The notes below the pieces were generated by a model. It had not been told where the DNA came from. It did no database searches and saw only the letters and a program-made list of their open reading frames with translations. Source: Flaccisagitta enflata (taxonomy: Eukaryota). From it: 64,000 bases of DNA. Shown piece by piece: positions 23,713-36,600 of this stretch. The translations under genes and the position numbers were made by a program. The first letter of the stretch is position 1, and each line of letters starts with the position of its first letter. The stretch covers positions 9,114,001 through 9,178,000 of the forward strand of contig OZ231126.1 of NCBI GenBank assembly GCA_965153355.1, written 5' to 3'.

Positions 23713-26700
23713 AGAAGATAGAAAGAGTCAGGAGAAGGGGGATAGGGGATTAGGATAAGAGAAAAAACCGAGTCACTCGATCGGTTTATTGTTGAATTCC
23801 GATTTCCGGTCATTGATAAAATGGTAACCTAGTTTAGGTTATCATCGGGTACCCTTCGACCGTTACGCTTCTGACGTCGATGCCCAATATATCATATAAC
23901 AAGGCCGGATACACGGCTACCCCAGCCGCGTGCGGATAGGCAGGTTGACCTCAAAACCCCCAAAAAGTAAAGTGTGACCGATGGACGGACCGACGGACCG
24001 ACAAAGCAGGATGTAGAGTCGCGTAGCACGCGACTAAAAAGTCATTCAATGTTTTAGGCTCACAATTGCAAATACTCGCCAATTTTCTTCCAGAATCTGA
24101 CCAGGCCAATGAAGGCGCAGATTATGGGGACGGCGGCGTTGAAGCCGGAAATGCCAACGATGGCGATGACGTTGATGGCGAAGACGCGGCGCCCGAGAGT
24201 CGAAATAAGGAAATCGAGGCGCAGCGACGTCAAACGGAATTCCGAGAATCCGAACTGAGCTTCTTGGCCGTCCGCACAACCTGCGCCAAACTACTTCCGG
24301 TTTGTATATAGCGGTCGAGTTCATCTCAAAGATATGTCTTCGCCTTTAGTTGTAACTCGTAGCTATTTTGAATTTATTTATGTGATTGAATTTATACAAA
24401 TGATTTGGATGACGCTGCGAATTGATGAAATTAGATGAATCCTATATAATGGATTATCGGGGGTTCGCGTCTCGGAAGACATTCGCGCAAATCTCATGTG
24501 GCATTTGCTTGCTTGTTTTGTCTCGCGCTATAGAAACTGGATACATATTTTTCAGGTTGACGATTGTGGCAATCCGGTGGAGTTTCCGTCGATGAGCGCT
24601 GATCCCGCCGCAACAACAACCACGTCTGCCATTCCGGCGTCTAACACGTCGGCGTCGACGGTGGCGGCGACGGCGGCTGCGGTGGCCTACGTGCCCGTGG
24701 ATCACGCTGGAAACGTCATCACGCTGACTTCCGGCGGAGGCGCATTTCGTCCGGAAATGCTCACCGAGGACGAACTGGATTACGGCATCGCGCCAGACTC
24801 AACCTCCACGCCGCTGAAACCACCCGAAGAAGAGTACCTCAGAGTAAGCAAAGAGGGAGGGAGCTGAAACTGAAAGTAAACGAGTGTTAGGTTATTTGTC
24901 GACCAAGAATTTTTGTTAAAGGTGAATTTCTGTGTTTGCAAATAAGGTAGGGTCAAAGAAATGTTACCTGGATTATGATTTGTAGGTGGATTTGGATTTC
25001 CATTACTCTTGGTTCCGTTGAAACGAGCATTGACTTTCTATGATAAACCTTCTTCAGGAGCTGTATTCCCTTCACGCGCAAACTCCGCATTCTGGCAAGT
25101 ACGACGGCGTCTACGAAGATGGCGTTCGTTTCTATCCGCATCAACCACAACAATATCAACAACCGCAGGATTACAAACATTTACAACAACAACACCACCA
25201 CCAACAGGAATATCAACAGTTACCACAACACGAATATCCGCTCCCGCAGGAATGTCAAGACAACACCGCCCTCGTCGCGCCACCGGCTTCAGTAATCACC
25301 TGCGGGACACCGACCACGATAAATGCCTTTTGTAGCGACAACATTCCTACGGCCGAAACATTCCCAGTCTCAGATTCTACTTCCGCTCAGTCGAGTGTCT
25401 TCGTCGACCCTTTATCCCTCCGCCAAATGCTCGTGAATAATTCGCCTCTCATTCACCATCAACAACAACTACCGCAGCAGCAGCAGCAGCATCGGCAGTC
25501 TCCGTTGCATCAACTGCATCATCAGCAACTGCAGCAACCGCATCATCGTCAATCCCCTCAAAATGTTCCTCACGGTTCCAATCCGTCCACTCCGACGCCT
25601 TTTCTGAATAAAGATTCTCCGACTGGTTTTGTCCCTCTTCGATCGACGCCCTCTTTGGACTATCCGTCGACGCCATTTCAGCCTCCCTTATCTTCCACTT
25701 CCGGCGCTCCCGTGCGCGTCGGCACGCTGCTTTCCTTCTCCGACGGCGTCGTTCGGGACTTCTCACCGGCGCCTCCTACTCTCTACGCCACTCTCGCGAC
25801 GACGACTTCGGCGGCCACGCCACTGAGCGCCAACGTCGGTCATTCGCCGACGGCGGCGTCGGCGGCGCCGTTGGCCTTGGCCGAGAGCTTCGCCGACATG
25901 GATCTTGACTCGTTACGCGGGACGCCGGTTCATCATCTATCATCTCCGTCGACGTTGGAGGCGGGGAACGGCGGCGTTTCCGGCCAGTATGGCGTCAAAC
26001 AACATCAACCGACGTCTACTTTGCGGAACGGAGTCGATCCTCTGTTTCGATCGTCCTCTTCCATCGTCACTTGCGTCGCGGCGCCACCAGCCGGACCCAC
26101 GTCGCCGATCTCCGTCACTTCCTCTTCCTACGGCGTTGTTTTGAGCGGCGCTGGCGTGGCCAATTCGCCGACGCCGATGTTCAACGCCGGCGCCGCTCTG
26201 CATTCGCCGGATACTCAGGCCCCCGATGACGACAGCATCGCCTCTTCCGTCCATTCTTTGGCATCCTCCTCCGATCACCATCTGCCCAACCGGCGTCTTT
26301 ATCATCCTCCTTCCTCTCGCCAATCGACGCCGCGAAATGGCATCGACGCCGGGATGCCCAACGGTCATCAAAGAGCGGCGCCTTCGAATGTCGGACGAAG
26401 AAGCGGCGTCACGCCTCCCAACAGCCTCGGCGTGGTGGCGGCGCCTCACGCTGGACGCCGCGTCAACGGGGATGACGGCGATCTGTATCGGGATCCAACG
26501 CTGCCGGAAGTCGTTGAATATCTGAAGAGCGACGACGACAAAATCAAAGCTAACGCGGGAGCTTATTTGCAGGTTGGAAAAAAACATATGCTCGCTGTGT
26601 CATCATAATCATAATCATTCTAGTCGGAAAAATCCGATTGAATTTGCTGGGTAACGGATATCCCGGCTTGGTGTGGTGTGTCTCGCTCGTCGGCTGGTGG

Positions 26701-29700
26701 GTGGGCAATAACCTAATTTGCATATTGCAGTGAATTTCAAGTTGACTTTTATATCGACAACAGACGATGCTATTTCAATTGTTCATTTCATGAAGTATAC
26801 AGTCGCTTAGTTGTCTTTTGCGCGAATAACTAGAAAGAAAACCATTGTATTGACAGATGGAATCCACTTGGCTCTTGACGATATTATGCTTCAAGCTACT
26901 TAGATTGATCTGTGCTCATTAGTTTGTAAAAATCATTGAATTAGATATGATGGTTGGACATCTGGCATCGTTATGCCGGGACATGCAATCCTTGGATCCC
27001 CGGTACGCGCCCACGAGCAGCCCGGTCTTATTGAGAGCCGGGAGGAGGTCCCGGGCTGTTCCGTCCTGTCTATTCCGCTTAAGATGACCACCGATAGTCC
27101 AAAACGTACTCTCGCTTGTTCGTCAAAAAATCATTTCAGTCCGAAAATTCCAATTAAATATGCTTGGTAACGGATATCTTGGCTTTGTTCGGTGTGACTC
27201 AGCAGGCTGCGTTAGTATCGTTTGGTGGGAAGGGGAACAACCTAATTTGCATATTGCAGTTAATTTCAAGTTGACGTTCTCATCGACTTCAAACCATACA
27301 ACGATACATTTGTTCATTTCGTGGAATATACAGTCGCTAAGGTGTCTGAATCGCGAATTGTCAGCAGGAAAACATCTGCATTCACTCGGAATCCACTTGG
27401 CTCTTAATGATGTCATGCTTCAAGGTACTCAGATCGATCTGGGCCAAACAATTAGTAAAAATCTGCTGGCAATGCGTGATTGTGAGAGTGTCATCCCTTG
27501 GGATCCCTTGGGAATAGCTATCGGAACGGTATACGCAACAATTCCTGGCCGTAGTGTACACGCGCACGTTGAATACAACGTGAAGATTATGGAAAAGGTA
27601 TAGCACCCCCTCCCCCTTGCTCGTGTCACTAAAGCCACATGGTCGCGTAGGGTATCATTCGATAGGTTATCTCAATACAATTTACGTCACCGAGGCGAAT
27701 TTTGTATTTCGCCTCCGTTCTAGAGATAATCACTCCAAAAGGTGGATTTTTTTACCTACAAGGGGGTGTCCGCCGCCAATGTTTGGGGTAGAATTTCTCG
27801 AGAACGGGAGCGAAATTAAAAATTCGCCTCGGTGGCGTAAATTGTACTGTGACAAGCTACAGAATGATACCCCATATGATCCTGTGGACCTTTTGTCATA
27901 AGCTGTAGGTAGGGGTGCTAACCCTTTTTTACGGTGTTTGTAATCTTCACGTTGTATTACGCGTAGAGGTGTACTGGCTAAAGTTTGTCTAAGTGTCCTA
28001 TTCGAAAACCGCAAACTTTCAAGATCCACCACTCCCATTTTCCCCTCTCATTCATCTCAGCACTTGATGTTTAAGAACGAAGGCGTGAAGCGGGAAGTTC
28101 GGCTGAGCGGCGGCATTTCTCCGCTTCTCCTCTGCCTCGATTCCGAAGACGCCGTCGTTCGTAAAAACGCCTGCAAAGCCCTCAAGAATCTCTCGCACAA
28201 GGATAGACTCACCGAATCCACGGTAAACGAATACGCTGCTTAATTCAGGCAGTCGGATATGGATTGAAGTATAAGCTAAAGCTTTATTCACTCTTTGAAT
28301 CAGAGCTGGGTATTGAAGTTAGGTTATTGAAATATTGTAGTTTGGTTATTTCAATATTGAAGTTTGGTATTTGAAAGAAACCTTTGTCATTACACGATTA
28401 TATGTTCGCTGGTCGCGTGATTCCGCGAAGAACAATGATGTTACACCGCATCTTTATTCCATTCCATTCCTGTCCACTTTTGTTGTTCGTAGGTTGAATC
28501 TGAAGACGCCAACAAAGTGGCGATTTTCGACACCGGCGGAGTTTCTGTTTTGGCGGCGCGTTTAAAAACGGCGCCGGACCCGCAGGAAAGAGGACTCGTC
28601 GCCGCAGTGCTCTGGAATCTATCAGCCTGCGAAGAAATCAAACCGCATCTCTTGGAGGTATGGACCATGGACGCTATGGACCAGATGCGTGATGGAGAAA
28701 TGATGGCAGTGCGCGTTTGCGTGACAACTCGTGATATCTGTTTTAAGATCCTTCACTTCTGTACCACCTCGTATACCCATGGATTGGAAATAGCAAGGTT
28801 CAGTTGTTTAATCGAACTCTCTAACTTGTGTTAGGATGGTGAGATGCTGTGTAACGTGATCGATGGGATCATTCTATCACGCGCCCGCTACAACCGCGAC
28901 GTGTCATTCAACGCCAATCCAATTCCTGGTAAGTTAAAGTAGTTGATCGACCTTTCATCTCATCGTTGTTTTAGCATGTACAAGAGAGTTTGTCTCAGTT
29001 GCGTACTTGATCCATTTTCCGTCTCTTTTATCTTTATCATGCAAGTCCACTTTGTCAATAATCCTTCGTTTGGAAATCATCCAAATAATCTGATTTCATT
29101 TCTTCCCCATGCCTCTCCATTTCCTTCTCCTCCTCTTGCTTTTATTTCCTCTCTCTTCGTTTCTCTCCCTCTTCTTACTTCTGCTCCTCCGTTTCCTCTT
29201 CCTCTTCCTCTTCTTCCTCTTCTTTTTCCTGCTATTCCGTTTCTTCTTCCTGCTTCCCTTCCTCTTCTTTTTCTTCTTCCACCTCTTCATCCTGCTCCTC
29301 TCTTTCCTCTTCCTCCTTTTCTTCCTCTTTTTCCTCCATCGTCCACCTTCATTTCCAGGTCTTCCATTTCCGGAAGACTTGAAGAATTCCACCGGCATCC
29401 TTCGCAATTTGTCATCTGCCGGCGGTCGTGATCCCGAGACTCGCGCCCGCCTCCGTCGATGGCCGGGCCTCGTCGATTCGCTCGTCCGCGTCGTCAAGTC
29501 CGCCGTCGACGACTCGGCCGACGCCGGAGACGCCGCAGCGGCAGACCCCACCGGCGCCGCCGCCAATCTCCACTTCACGCCCATCAACAACAAAGTGGTG
29601 GAGAACGCCGCTTGCACGCTCCGAAATCTCTCGTACAGGATTCAGGAAATGCGGGACGGTCCAGACTATGATGAAGAGAGGTATACCAGAGTGACCAATC

Positions 29701-31625
29701 TGACCATCAGTTGAGCAAATAGGCGGCGTTTATACTCTTGATTAGTCAAATGATTTGTTTATGGATGGACGTTATTAGTATTATGAGGAAGTTATGTCAT
29801 CGTAACTCCGTATCACTAAATCCAAGCAAGTCCCTGCCGATCCGCAAGTCCCTTTCTACTGTTTGTGTCCTTGTTGATAAGTTTTCTTATCTGGATTTCC
29901 TGTTAAAAAAAGGTTCCTTGGCAAAGAAAACGGCGAGGAAAGTCAGAGAGGGAATCCTGATCAGTCTCTGATGATGGACACATTTTCGGAGGAAGGCAGG
30001 ACCAATAACTCAACTCTGATGACGTCATCTATTTCCACGACGACGACGACGTCGAAGAAGAGCTTCATCAAGTCACTCGACGCCACCATGGAGAAAAGGA
30101 GGAGGAAGAAGGACGAGGTAGAGGAGAATATTAAAATGTTTTGTTCGCGATTTAGCGTGGTTGTAAGACCTATTTTGACCTATATTATGTCAACTGATGA
30201 CAAATTTCTGTTACTCCACTTTGTACTTGTTGTTTCTCTGAGCTAATTTGCATAATGCCGTTCACAATAAAACATGGCGAGACAATGTGACCTGATCATG
30301 AGTGAGAAAATAACTGTCTGATTGAGTTGGTATGATGCTTCGGAGGGAAAGAAAATCGTTAAATCGAAATTAGTCGTGTTTTCCCATTTCCTCGGTTGAG
30401 CCGCAGTCTCAGGGTGTCTGGTTGAACAGTTGAAGCTGAACGGCGCCCAAGTTTCAACTCATTCAATCCCCACTTCGTGCCCCGCCCCCTTCTCTCAGCC
30501 CTTCTGTTCCTCCAAAACCCAGCCCGTGAATGCTCAGTTGTAGCAGAACGGCGCCAAAGTTTTCAATATTTTAACTCTTGCCCTCCTGTGTGTTTTCCGT
30601 CCTTGGTCCAGACTTACTCCTCCTCCAAATCTCAGCCCGTGGGTGCCGAGTTGCTATGGCATCAAGATACGATCGGTCTTTACGTGTCTTTGCTGGAGTC
30701 ATGCGTGAACGGGACCACTTTGGCTGCGGCCGGCGGGGCCATTCAGAACTTGTGCGCGTGCGCCTGGCGTCCAAGCGCAGAAATCAGATCGCTCGTGCGA
30801 AGGAAAATGGGACTACCCATGATCGTAGACCTATTACAGTTGCAGGTACAGTAGATGTCATCTAGACTAGGAAAAATGGGGGAATTCATTGCAGCTGTGA
30901 AGCTCTCAGCAACCGTCAAACGAGCAATATTTTTACAGAACATATTGTGAGAAGGATGTGAGAATGATTTTATTTAAAACAATTGTCCTTAAAGGAATTC
31001 TCAAAATATTGATTTTTTAGGGTCAATACATGGCAATGTGTTTCCATGGTGTTTGTCTTCTGGTAATGAATTCCCCCGCATTTCCAAGTCTAGACGATAT
31101 TTACTGTAGGTGTAGTGAGGAGTTGTTGGATTTGGAATATATATACCACGAATTAGACGACTAAAAGAAAAAAAAATTGATAGCTTGTGTTCATCTTATT
31201 ATCGCTTTTGTTGTTGGCGCGTAGGCTTCACTCTAAAAAAAGGGCGTCGTGGTTTTCAATTGTCAAGTGTGGTAATTGTTTTTTTTCATTTCTCCATGGT
31301 AATAAAAAAAACCACACATTTCTTTCAAATGGTAATGTTTTTCCAATGGTAATTGAACGGGAAAATATTTTGTCCTCCAGATGTCCGTGGTTTTTAAAAG
31401 TCGACGGAAAAACAAAATTTTTCCCATAATTTTCAGAAAACCATAGTTATTTTCCCATAATATTTAAAAACCATGACAAAGTTTAAATTGTAACAAAACT
31501 CTCAGTAGTCTTGAACTATCACACCAAGGACCATGGCCAAGGGGTTAAAGGACATCGCTTCACATTCAAGGGTACCAAGTTTGATTCTCACAACTACCAA
31601 GTAAATTAGATGATGTAAAATATAT

Positions 31626-31717
<92 letters not shown>

Positions 31718-33836
31718 AAAAAAACCAAATTTTTCCTTTCCCAGGGTTTTCAAAAACCACGGAGATAGATTACCATGGAATTTTCCAATGCTCGATCGGG
31801 GCCATATAGGGCAAAAACCATGGTTATTGGATACCACGATTTTTGGTTACAAAAACCGGATTTTTTAAAAGCCAGATAAAAACCACAGTGCCGATTTTTT
31901 ACAGTGTTCATCATAAATCTCAACTCTGTGCTTTTGTTTCTCAGAATGCGCAAGCTGTGTGCACGATGGCGTTGTCATCTCTTTGCTTTTGTTTTTCAGG
32001 ATGAGGGAGCTGTGTGCGCGATGTCTTTTATCTCATCACTTTTATTTATCAGGATAAGTGAGCTGTGTGTGCGATGGCGTTATTATCTTTTTGCTTTTGT
32101 TATTCAGGATGAGCGAGCTGTGTGCGCGATGTCTTATATCTCATCACTTTTATTCATCAGGATGAGCGAGCTGGGTGCGCGATGGCGTTATCATCTCTTT
32201 GCTTTTGTTTTTCAGGATGAGCGAGCTGTGTGCGCGATGTCTTATATCTCATCACTTTTATTCATCAGGATGAGCGAGCTGTGTGTGCGATGGCATTATC
32301 ATCTCTTTGCTTTTGTTTTTCAGGATGAGCGAGCTGTGTGCGCGATGTCTTATATCTCATCATTTTCATTCATCATGAGCGAGCTGTGTGCGCGATGGCA
32401 TTATCATCTCTTTGCTTTTGTTTTTCAGGATGAGCGAGCTGTGTGCGCGATGTCTTATGTCTCATCATTTATATCTCATCACTTTTATTCATCAGGATGA
32501 GCGAGCTGTGTGCGCGATGGCGTGGGCGTTGCGGAATCTGATCATTCAAGACGCGACGAATCGTCAACTTGTCGGCAAATACGGAGTCGCCAATCTCGCC
32601 GCTTTGCTCCCGGAAGAAAACGCAGCTGCCACTCCCGCAGCAGCAGCCGCTGCCGGCAGTACTCAAGGAAGGTGAGTGAGAGAGGGATTTATCTAAAACA
32701 TCTCTTGACCAAAATACCTGGGAAAAGGATCTGATGGAATGATGGAGTGTATGTTGACTGGGTGGATGAAGGCATGGTTGAATGATTCATTTGAAATGCC
32801 TTTGAAATGATGCATTTGCAATGATGCATTTGCAATGATGCATTGGAAATGATGCATTGGAAATGATGCATTGGAAATGATGCATGGGAAATGATGCATG
32901 GGAAATGATGCATGGGAAATGATGCATGGGAAATGATGCATTGGAAATGATGCATTGGAAATGATGCATTGGAAAAGATTCGTTGAAAAAAAAACTTAAA
33001 ATTACAAGAATAATTGAACGGAAAGATTTAGGCCAATCATTCCGTACTTATCATTTTAACCCTTCAGCTTAAAAAGGAAGAAGGAGCATCTGGAGGACAC
33101 AGTTTACGCGGCTTTGTCCACGCTTGCAGACGTTCTGCACAAAAATCCCAACGCCGCCCAACAGTTCCTCGAGAAGAAAGGAGTTGACAAAACGGTACAA
33201 CCTTATTTGCATGTTATCTGTTTCTTGTTTTAGCCATGATTTTTCCTAACTTCCATATTCGAAGCTTGTTCAAGCAGTCCATCGTCATCGTCAAAGTGAC
33301 TAAAAAAGAAAAAATCCCAATAAACAATAAAAAAACAAAAACAAAAACCAAAGACCAAGCAAAAAAACAAAAAACTGAAACGAACAAGCAAACAAACAAA
33401 CAAACACACAAAAAAGATCTTACTCTTGAGTCACCAATCTCCATTTTATCACCGAGCTTCCTACCTTTCCTCCTCCTCCTCTCCTCCCCTTTTGCAGATC
33501 TGGTTAACTCGCAGTCGCGGCGTTTACACGGAGCGGACTTTGAAGATGGCCGCTTTACTGCTGAGACGCGTCTGGCAGATCAAATCCTTACAAAAGACTT
33601 ACAAGAAACGCGGCTTTGGCCAAAAGGACTTCCACGTGACCAAACTCGAAGTGGCTCGTCAACCGGAAGCCGACGCCTTCCAGAGACGCAACGACACTCT
33701 CATCAGACAGAATAGACCCACCGAAAGCGACCGAGGAGGAGGGGTAGGAGGAGTTGGAGCCGCGAGAGTTCGGAGGAAGAGAGGGGAAAGGGCAAGAGAA
33801 GAAGACACTTCTCTTAGAGAAGAAACTCCAGTGTGA
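21456..33836 (+). CDS. p120/delta-catenin/ARVCF/plakophilin-family armadillo-repeat protein
   Basis: Exons 21456-21537 (tentative), 23036 (or 22967)-23173, 24094-24299, 24556-24843, 25058-26572, 28061-28222, 28493-28657, 28835-28928, 29359-29680, 29913-30117, 30612-30845, 32496-32671, 33068-33194, 33498-33836, with consistent phases. YRDPTLPEVVEYL..ANAGAYLQHL, VLWNLSACE, NSTGILRNLSSAG, KVVENAACTLRNLSYR, GAELLWHQ and AAGGAIQNL match p120-family ARM repeats. Confidence 0.88.
21903..22901. mobile_element. Long-TIR MITE with TA TSD
   Basis: CACCGTCTTTAAATCGAAATGGCAAATAGTAAA and its reverse complement at the right end; arms pair for more than 150 bp; flanking TA. Confidence 0.88.
21959..22193. 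mobile_element. Nested MITE (TA TSD) inside the left arm of the previous element
   Basis: TIR CCGTCACACGGGGCTAATAGGGACAGC / GCTGTCCCTATTAGCCCCGTGTGACGG, with TA on both sides. Confidence 0.9.
23898..24040 (-). mobile_element. HINE-like element
   Basis: AACAAGGCCGGATACACGGC ... GACC repeats ... AGTCGCGTAGCACGCGACTAAAAA. Confidence 0.8.
26618..26960. repeat. Dispersed ~330-bp repeat (further copies at ~27135-27470 and ~47790-48040)
   Basis: Shared blocks ACCTAATTTGCATATTG and GGAAT(C/T)CACTTGGCTC..GCTTCAAG(C/G)TACT. Confidence 0.7.
27559..27971. mobile_element. Foldback MITE with TA flanks
   Basis: AATACAACGTGAAGATTA / TAATCTTCACGTTGTATT and inner CACCGAGGCGAATTT / AAATTCGCCTCGGTG inverted pairs. 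Confidence 0.7.
30849..31106. mobile_element. MITE (same family as 17022) inserted in a splice donor
   Basis: CAGTAGATGTCATCTAGACT..GGGGGAATTCATT / AATGAATTCCCCC..AGTCTAGACGATATTTACTG; TA TSD at 30847-48 and 31107-08. Confidence 0.85.
31229..31906. mobile_element. Possible CACTA/CMC-type non-autonomous element containing an (AG)n tract
   Basis: Ends CACTCTAAAAAA / TTTTTTACAGTG, TT flanks, internal AAAACCA(T/C) subterminal repeats. Confidence 0.5.
31925..32520 (+). repeat. Tandem array (53+55-bp dimer) of the acceptor plus exon-start junction
   Basis: CAG|GATGAGCGAGCTGTGTGCGCGATG repeated about 11 times; the last copy (32496) is the true exon start. Confidence 0.92.
32806..32975. repeat. 14-bp tandem repeat
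   Basis: (AATGATGCATKGGA)n. Confidence 0.9.
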
Positions 33837-35455
33837 TTCTATGAAAGTAGTATGATCCAGATTTGCGAATAACGCAGCATCTACAGACTATAGTTGTCAT
33901 GTCGTGTGCACTTGACTTATTTCCGTTTCACTGTGTCGGTTCATCGGTATCGCCTTGTTTTTTTTTTTTTAGTTTTTTTTTTCCGGAATGCCCGAAGAGA
34001 CTCTTTATCAGTCTATCTCTCTACTTTTGTCCTATCGCTTTCTTTTCGACTGAAACTGGCAGACATTGACGGCCTCGTTCTTACGTTTACGCCTTTAGTT
34101 CGGGATGGACGCTTCTTACGCATGCTATGTGATGTCTTTACTTATCTGTTAATGTGTTGGATACGATATTGACGGAAACGAATGTCAAGTGGCTTAAAAC
34201 TCCGTTTAAAAAAGAAAACACTAAAAAAGCCTTGTGATCAACTGTACTGGACACTCACACACAAATATCGGACTGTCCGTTTTTCTTCCCACCACACCAA
34301 GTTTCTCTCGATCCGTGCGTTACAAATTGTCTGAAGTAGGTGTTGTGGAAATGTTTTCTTTTTATCACAAAGGATTCGCTCCTTGAAATATTTGACGCAT
34401 ACCATTGCTTCTCATAACTATCTGTCATCGCCCCCCTCACTGAAAGCCTTGCTCGCATGGGGGAGCGTGTCCATCTGTCTGTTTGTCTGGTTATTTTTTT
34501 CTTTCTCTATTCTTTAAAGTTTCTCTATGTGACGTAGTGCGCAACTTTTCATACTTTTGAATTTGAAAAAAAAATTCTGAAATTTGATAGCCTGCCTTCC
34601 TGCCTAGCCGGTCTTTAGTTTTCATATTCGTAACCGCAAAAACAACTCGCATTGGGCATCCAAATATACTCATCCTTTCTCCATCTGCCATGTCATTTTT
34701 TGTCGTTTTTGTACCCAGCTTATGATCTCTATTTTCAGTTTTCTTTTAACAATCTTAGATTTAGATGCGTCCTTAATTCTTGATCTCTCACATGAAACTC
34801 AAGATCAGGCAATCCGTAGGATAAATTATCAATCACCAGCAACCCCATAATTTAATGAACTGTGAAAGTCATATTTCCATCTTTAGTTAATGCCAAGTCA
34901 AGTATTTCTAGCAATATTCCAGGTCATATACTCTTAACAAGGGGGTGATGGTGAATTAGCATTCTTATCTTTAACGAAGCCAAAAGAATTAACGACGCAT
35001 TCTCGGGCCGTATTTCTCTTTCTCTCTGTCTCTGTTTGTTTACTGGTCTGACTTGCTTTATAAGGAGGATTCTTTCGACTGATCAATTACATAAAAGATG
35101 GTCTATGTAAAACTAACTCGCGGAATTAAAAAAAAAAGAAATTAATTCTCTATGCTTTATATACACAGATATTATATTGATATAATGTATTCCTTGTTTT
35201 TGTCGTTATTTTAGTCTTTTTGGAAAAAAAAAACTTCCATTCTTAGGTACTGATTTTTCCATGAACTCGTGTCAAATTCATGTCTCAAAAAAAGAATCCA
35301 ACGCTGCGACACCCTCCAATCCTGTCCTCTGTGATAAACTGATACTACATAAACAAAAGAAGCGAAAACAGCATTTGCATATTTGATTGTTTGATTATCG
35401 ACTTTTAAATACTCTGAACTTGAACAGAGAGTCGAGATCGGCTTTCATTGTTAGG

Positions 35456-36521
35456 ATGGCCGGTCATCAACCCATGGCTCATGGAATGCAAATGAGCGGC
35501 CCAAATCAGATCACTTCCTCAGGTTTGTCATTTCTAGTTCTACCTCTATCTGCAAGTTCTGTATGCTTTATCAGAGGGCGACGCGTTTTGTGTTCACGAC
35601 TGCAGATCTTGTTGCTTCGCAGTCATAGAAATTATTTTCCTACTCAGGCGTAACAACCGGCATGTCTCAAATGCCCGGTCAACCCATGACGACCCAGCAA
35701 ATCCCTGGTCAGCCAATGAGTGGTCAGCAAATGCCTGGCCAGCCAATGACTGGTCAGCAAATACCCGGCCAGCAAATACCCGGCCAGCAGATCCCAATGA
35801 CACAGCCGCAGGTAAATTTCTTTCAAACGCGTCACCAGGTGGTTGGATGCACGTCCCAGCGAGATGTCATCTCCACGCATTGGCATAACTGCAACTACAT
35901 CGGTTTCATCATTGTTTTCTCTTTTAGAAAATGATCCCTTCCCCTCAAGTTCAGCAGCAACAGCAACAACAGCAGCAACAGCAAATATCGGCTCATCCAG
36001 ACAATTCATCCATCGAGAAAATGAAAGCTTTGGTGCCCCACCTCAAAAAAGCTCTCGCGAATGTTATGCGGTAATAGAATACATCATTTATCTAACACGC
36101 TCCTCATATTTTACCCCATTCACTCATTAATTCATTCACTCATTAATTCATTCATTCATGTTTTCATTCATTCATGTTTTCATTCATTTATGTTTTCATT
36201 CATTCATGTTTTCATTCATTCATGTATTCATTCATTCATTCATTCATTCATTCATTCATTCATTCATTCATTCATTCAATCTCAGTTTGGCTGGTGAATC
36301 TCTCCGTCGCGATGACATATTCAGTCCGTCATCTTCTTCAGCGGCGCCTTCGGTTGAGAAGGCGTTGGAGGAGTTCTTCGCCATTTGCGACCAGTTGGAG
36401 ATGCACTTGGGTATCGCTCTTGAAGGGTTTAATCAAGTCATTCAGCACAAGAAGTACCTCAATCCAGGTGAGCTACGGGGGCGAGTGTGTGTGGGTGTGT
36501 TTGTTTTTTTGTTTGTTTGTG

Positions 36522-36600
<79 letters not shown>

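Noticed and set aside
34255-34458. Minus-strand 67-aa ORF ending near a GTGAGT
   Set aside because: No recognisable homology, acceptor or partner exons.
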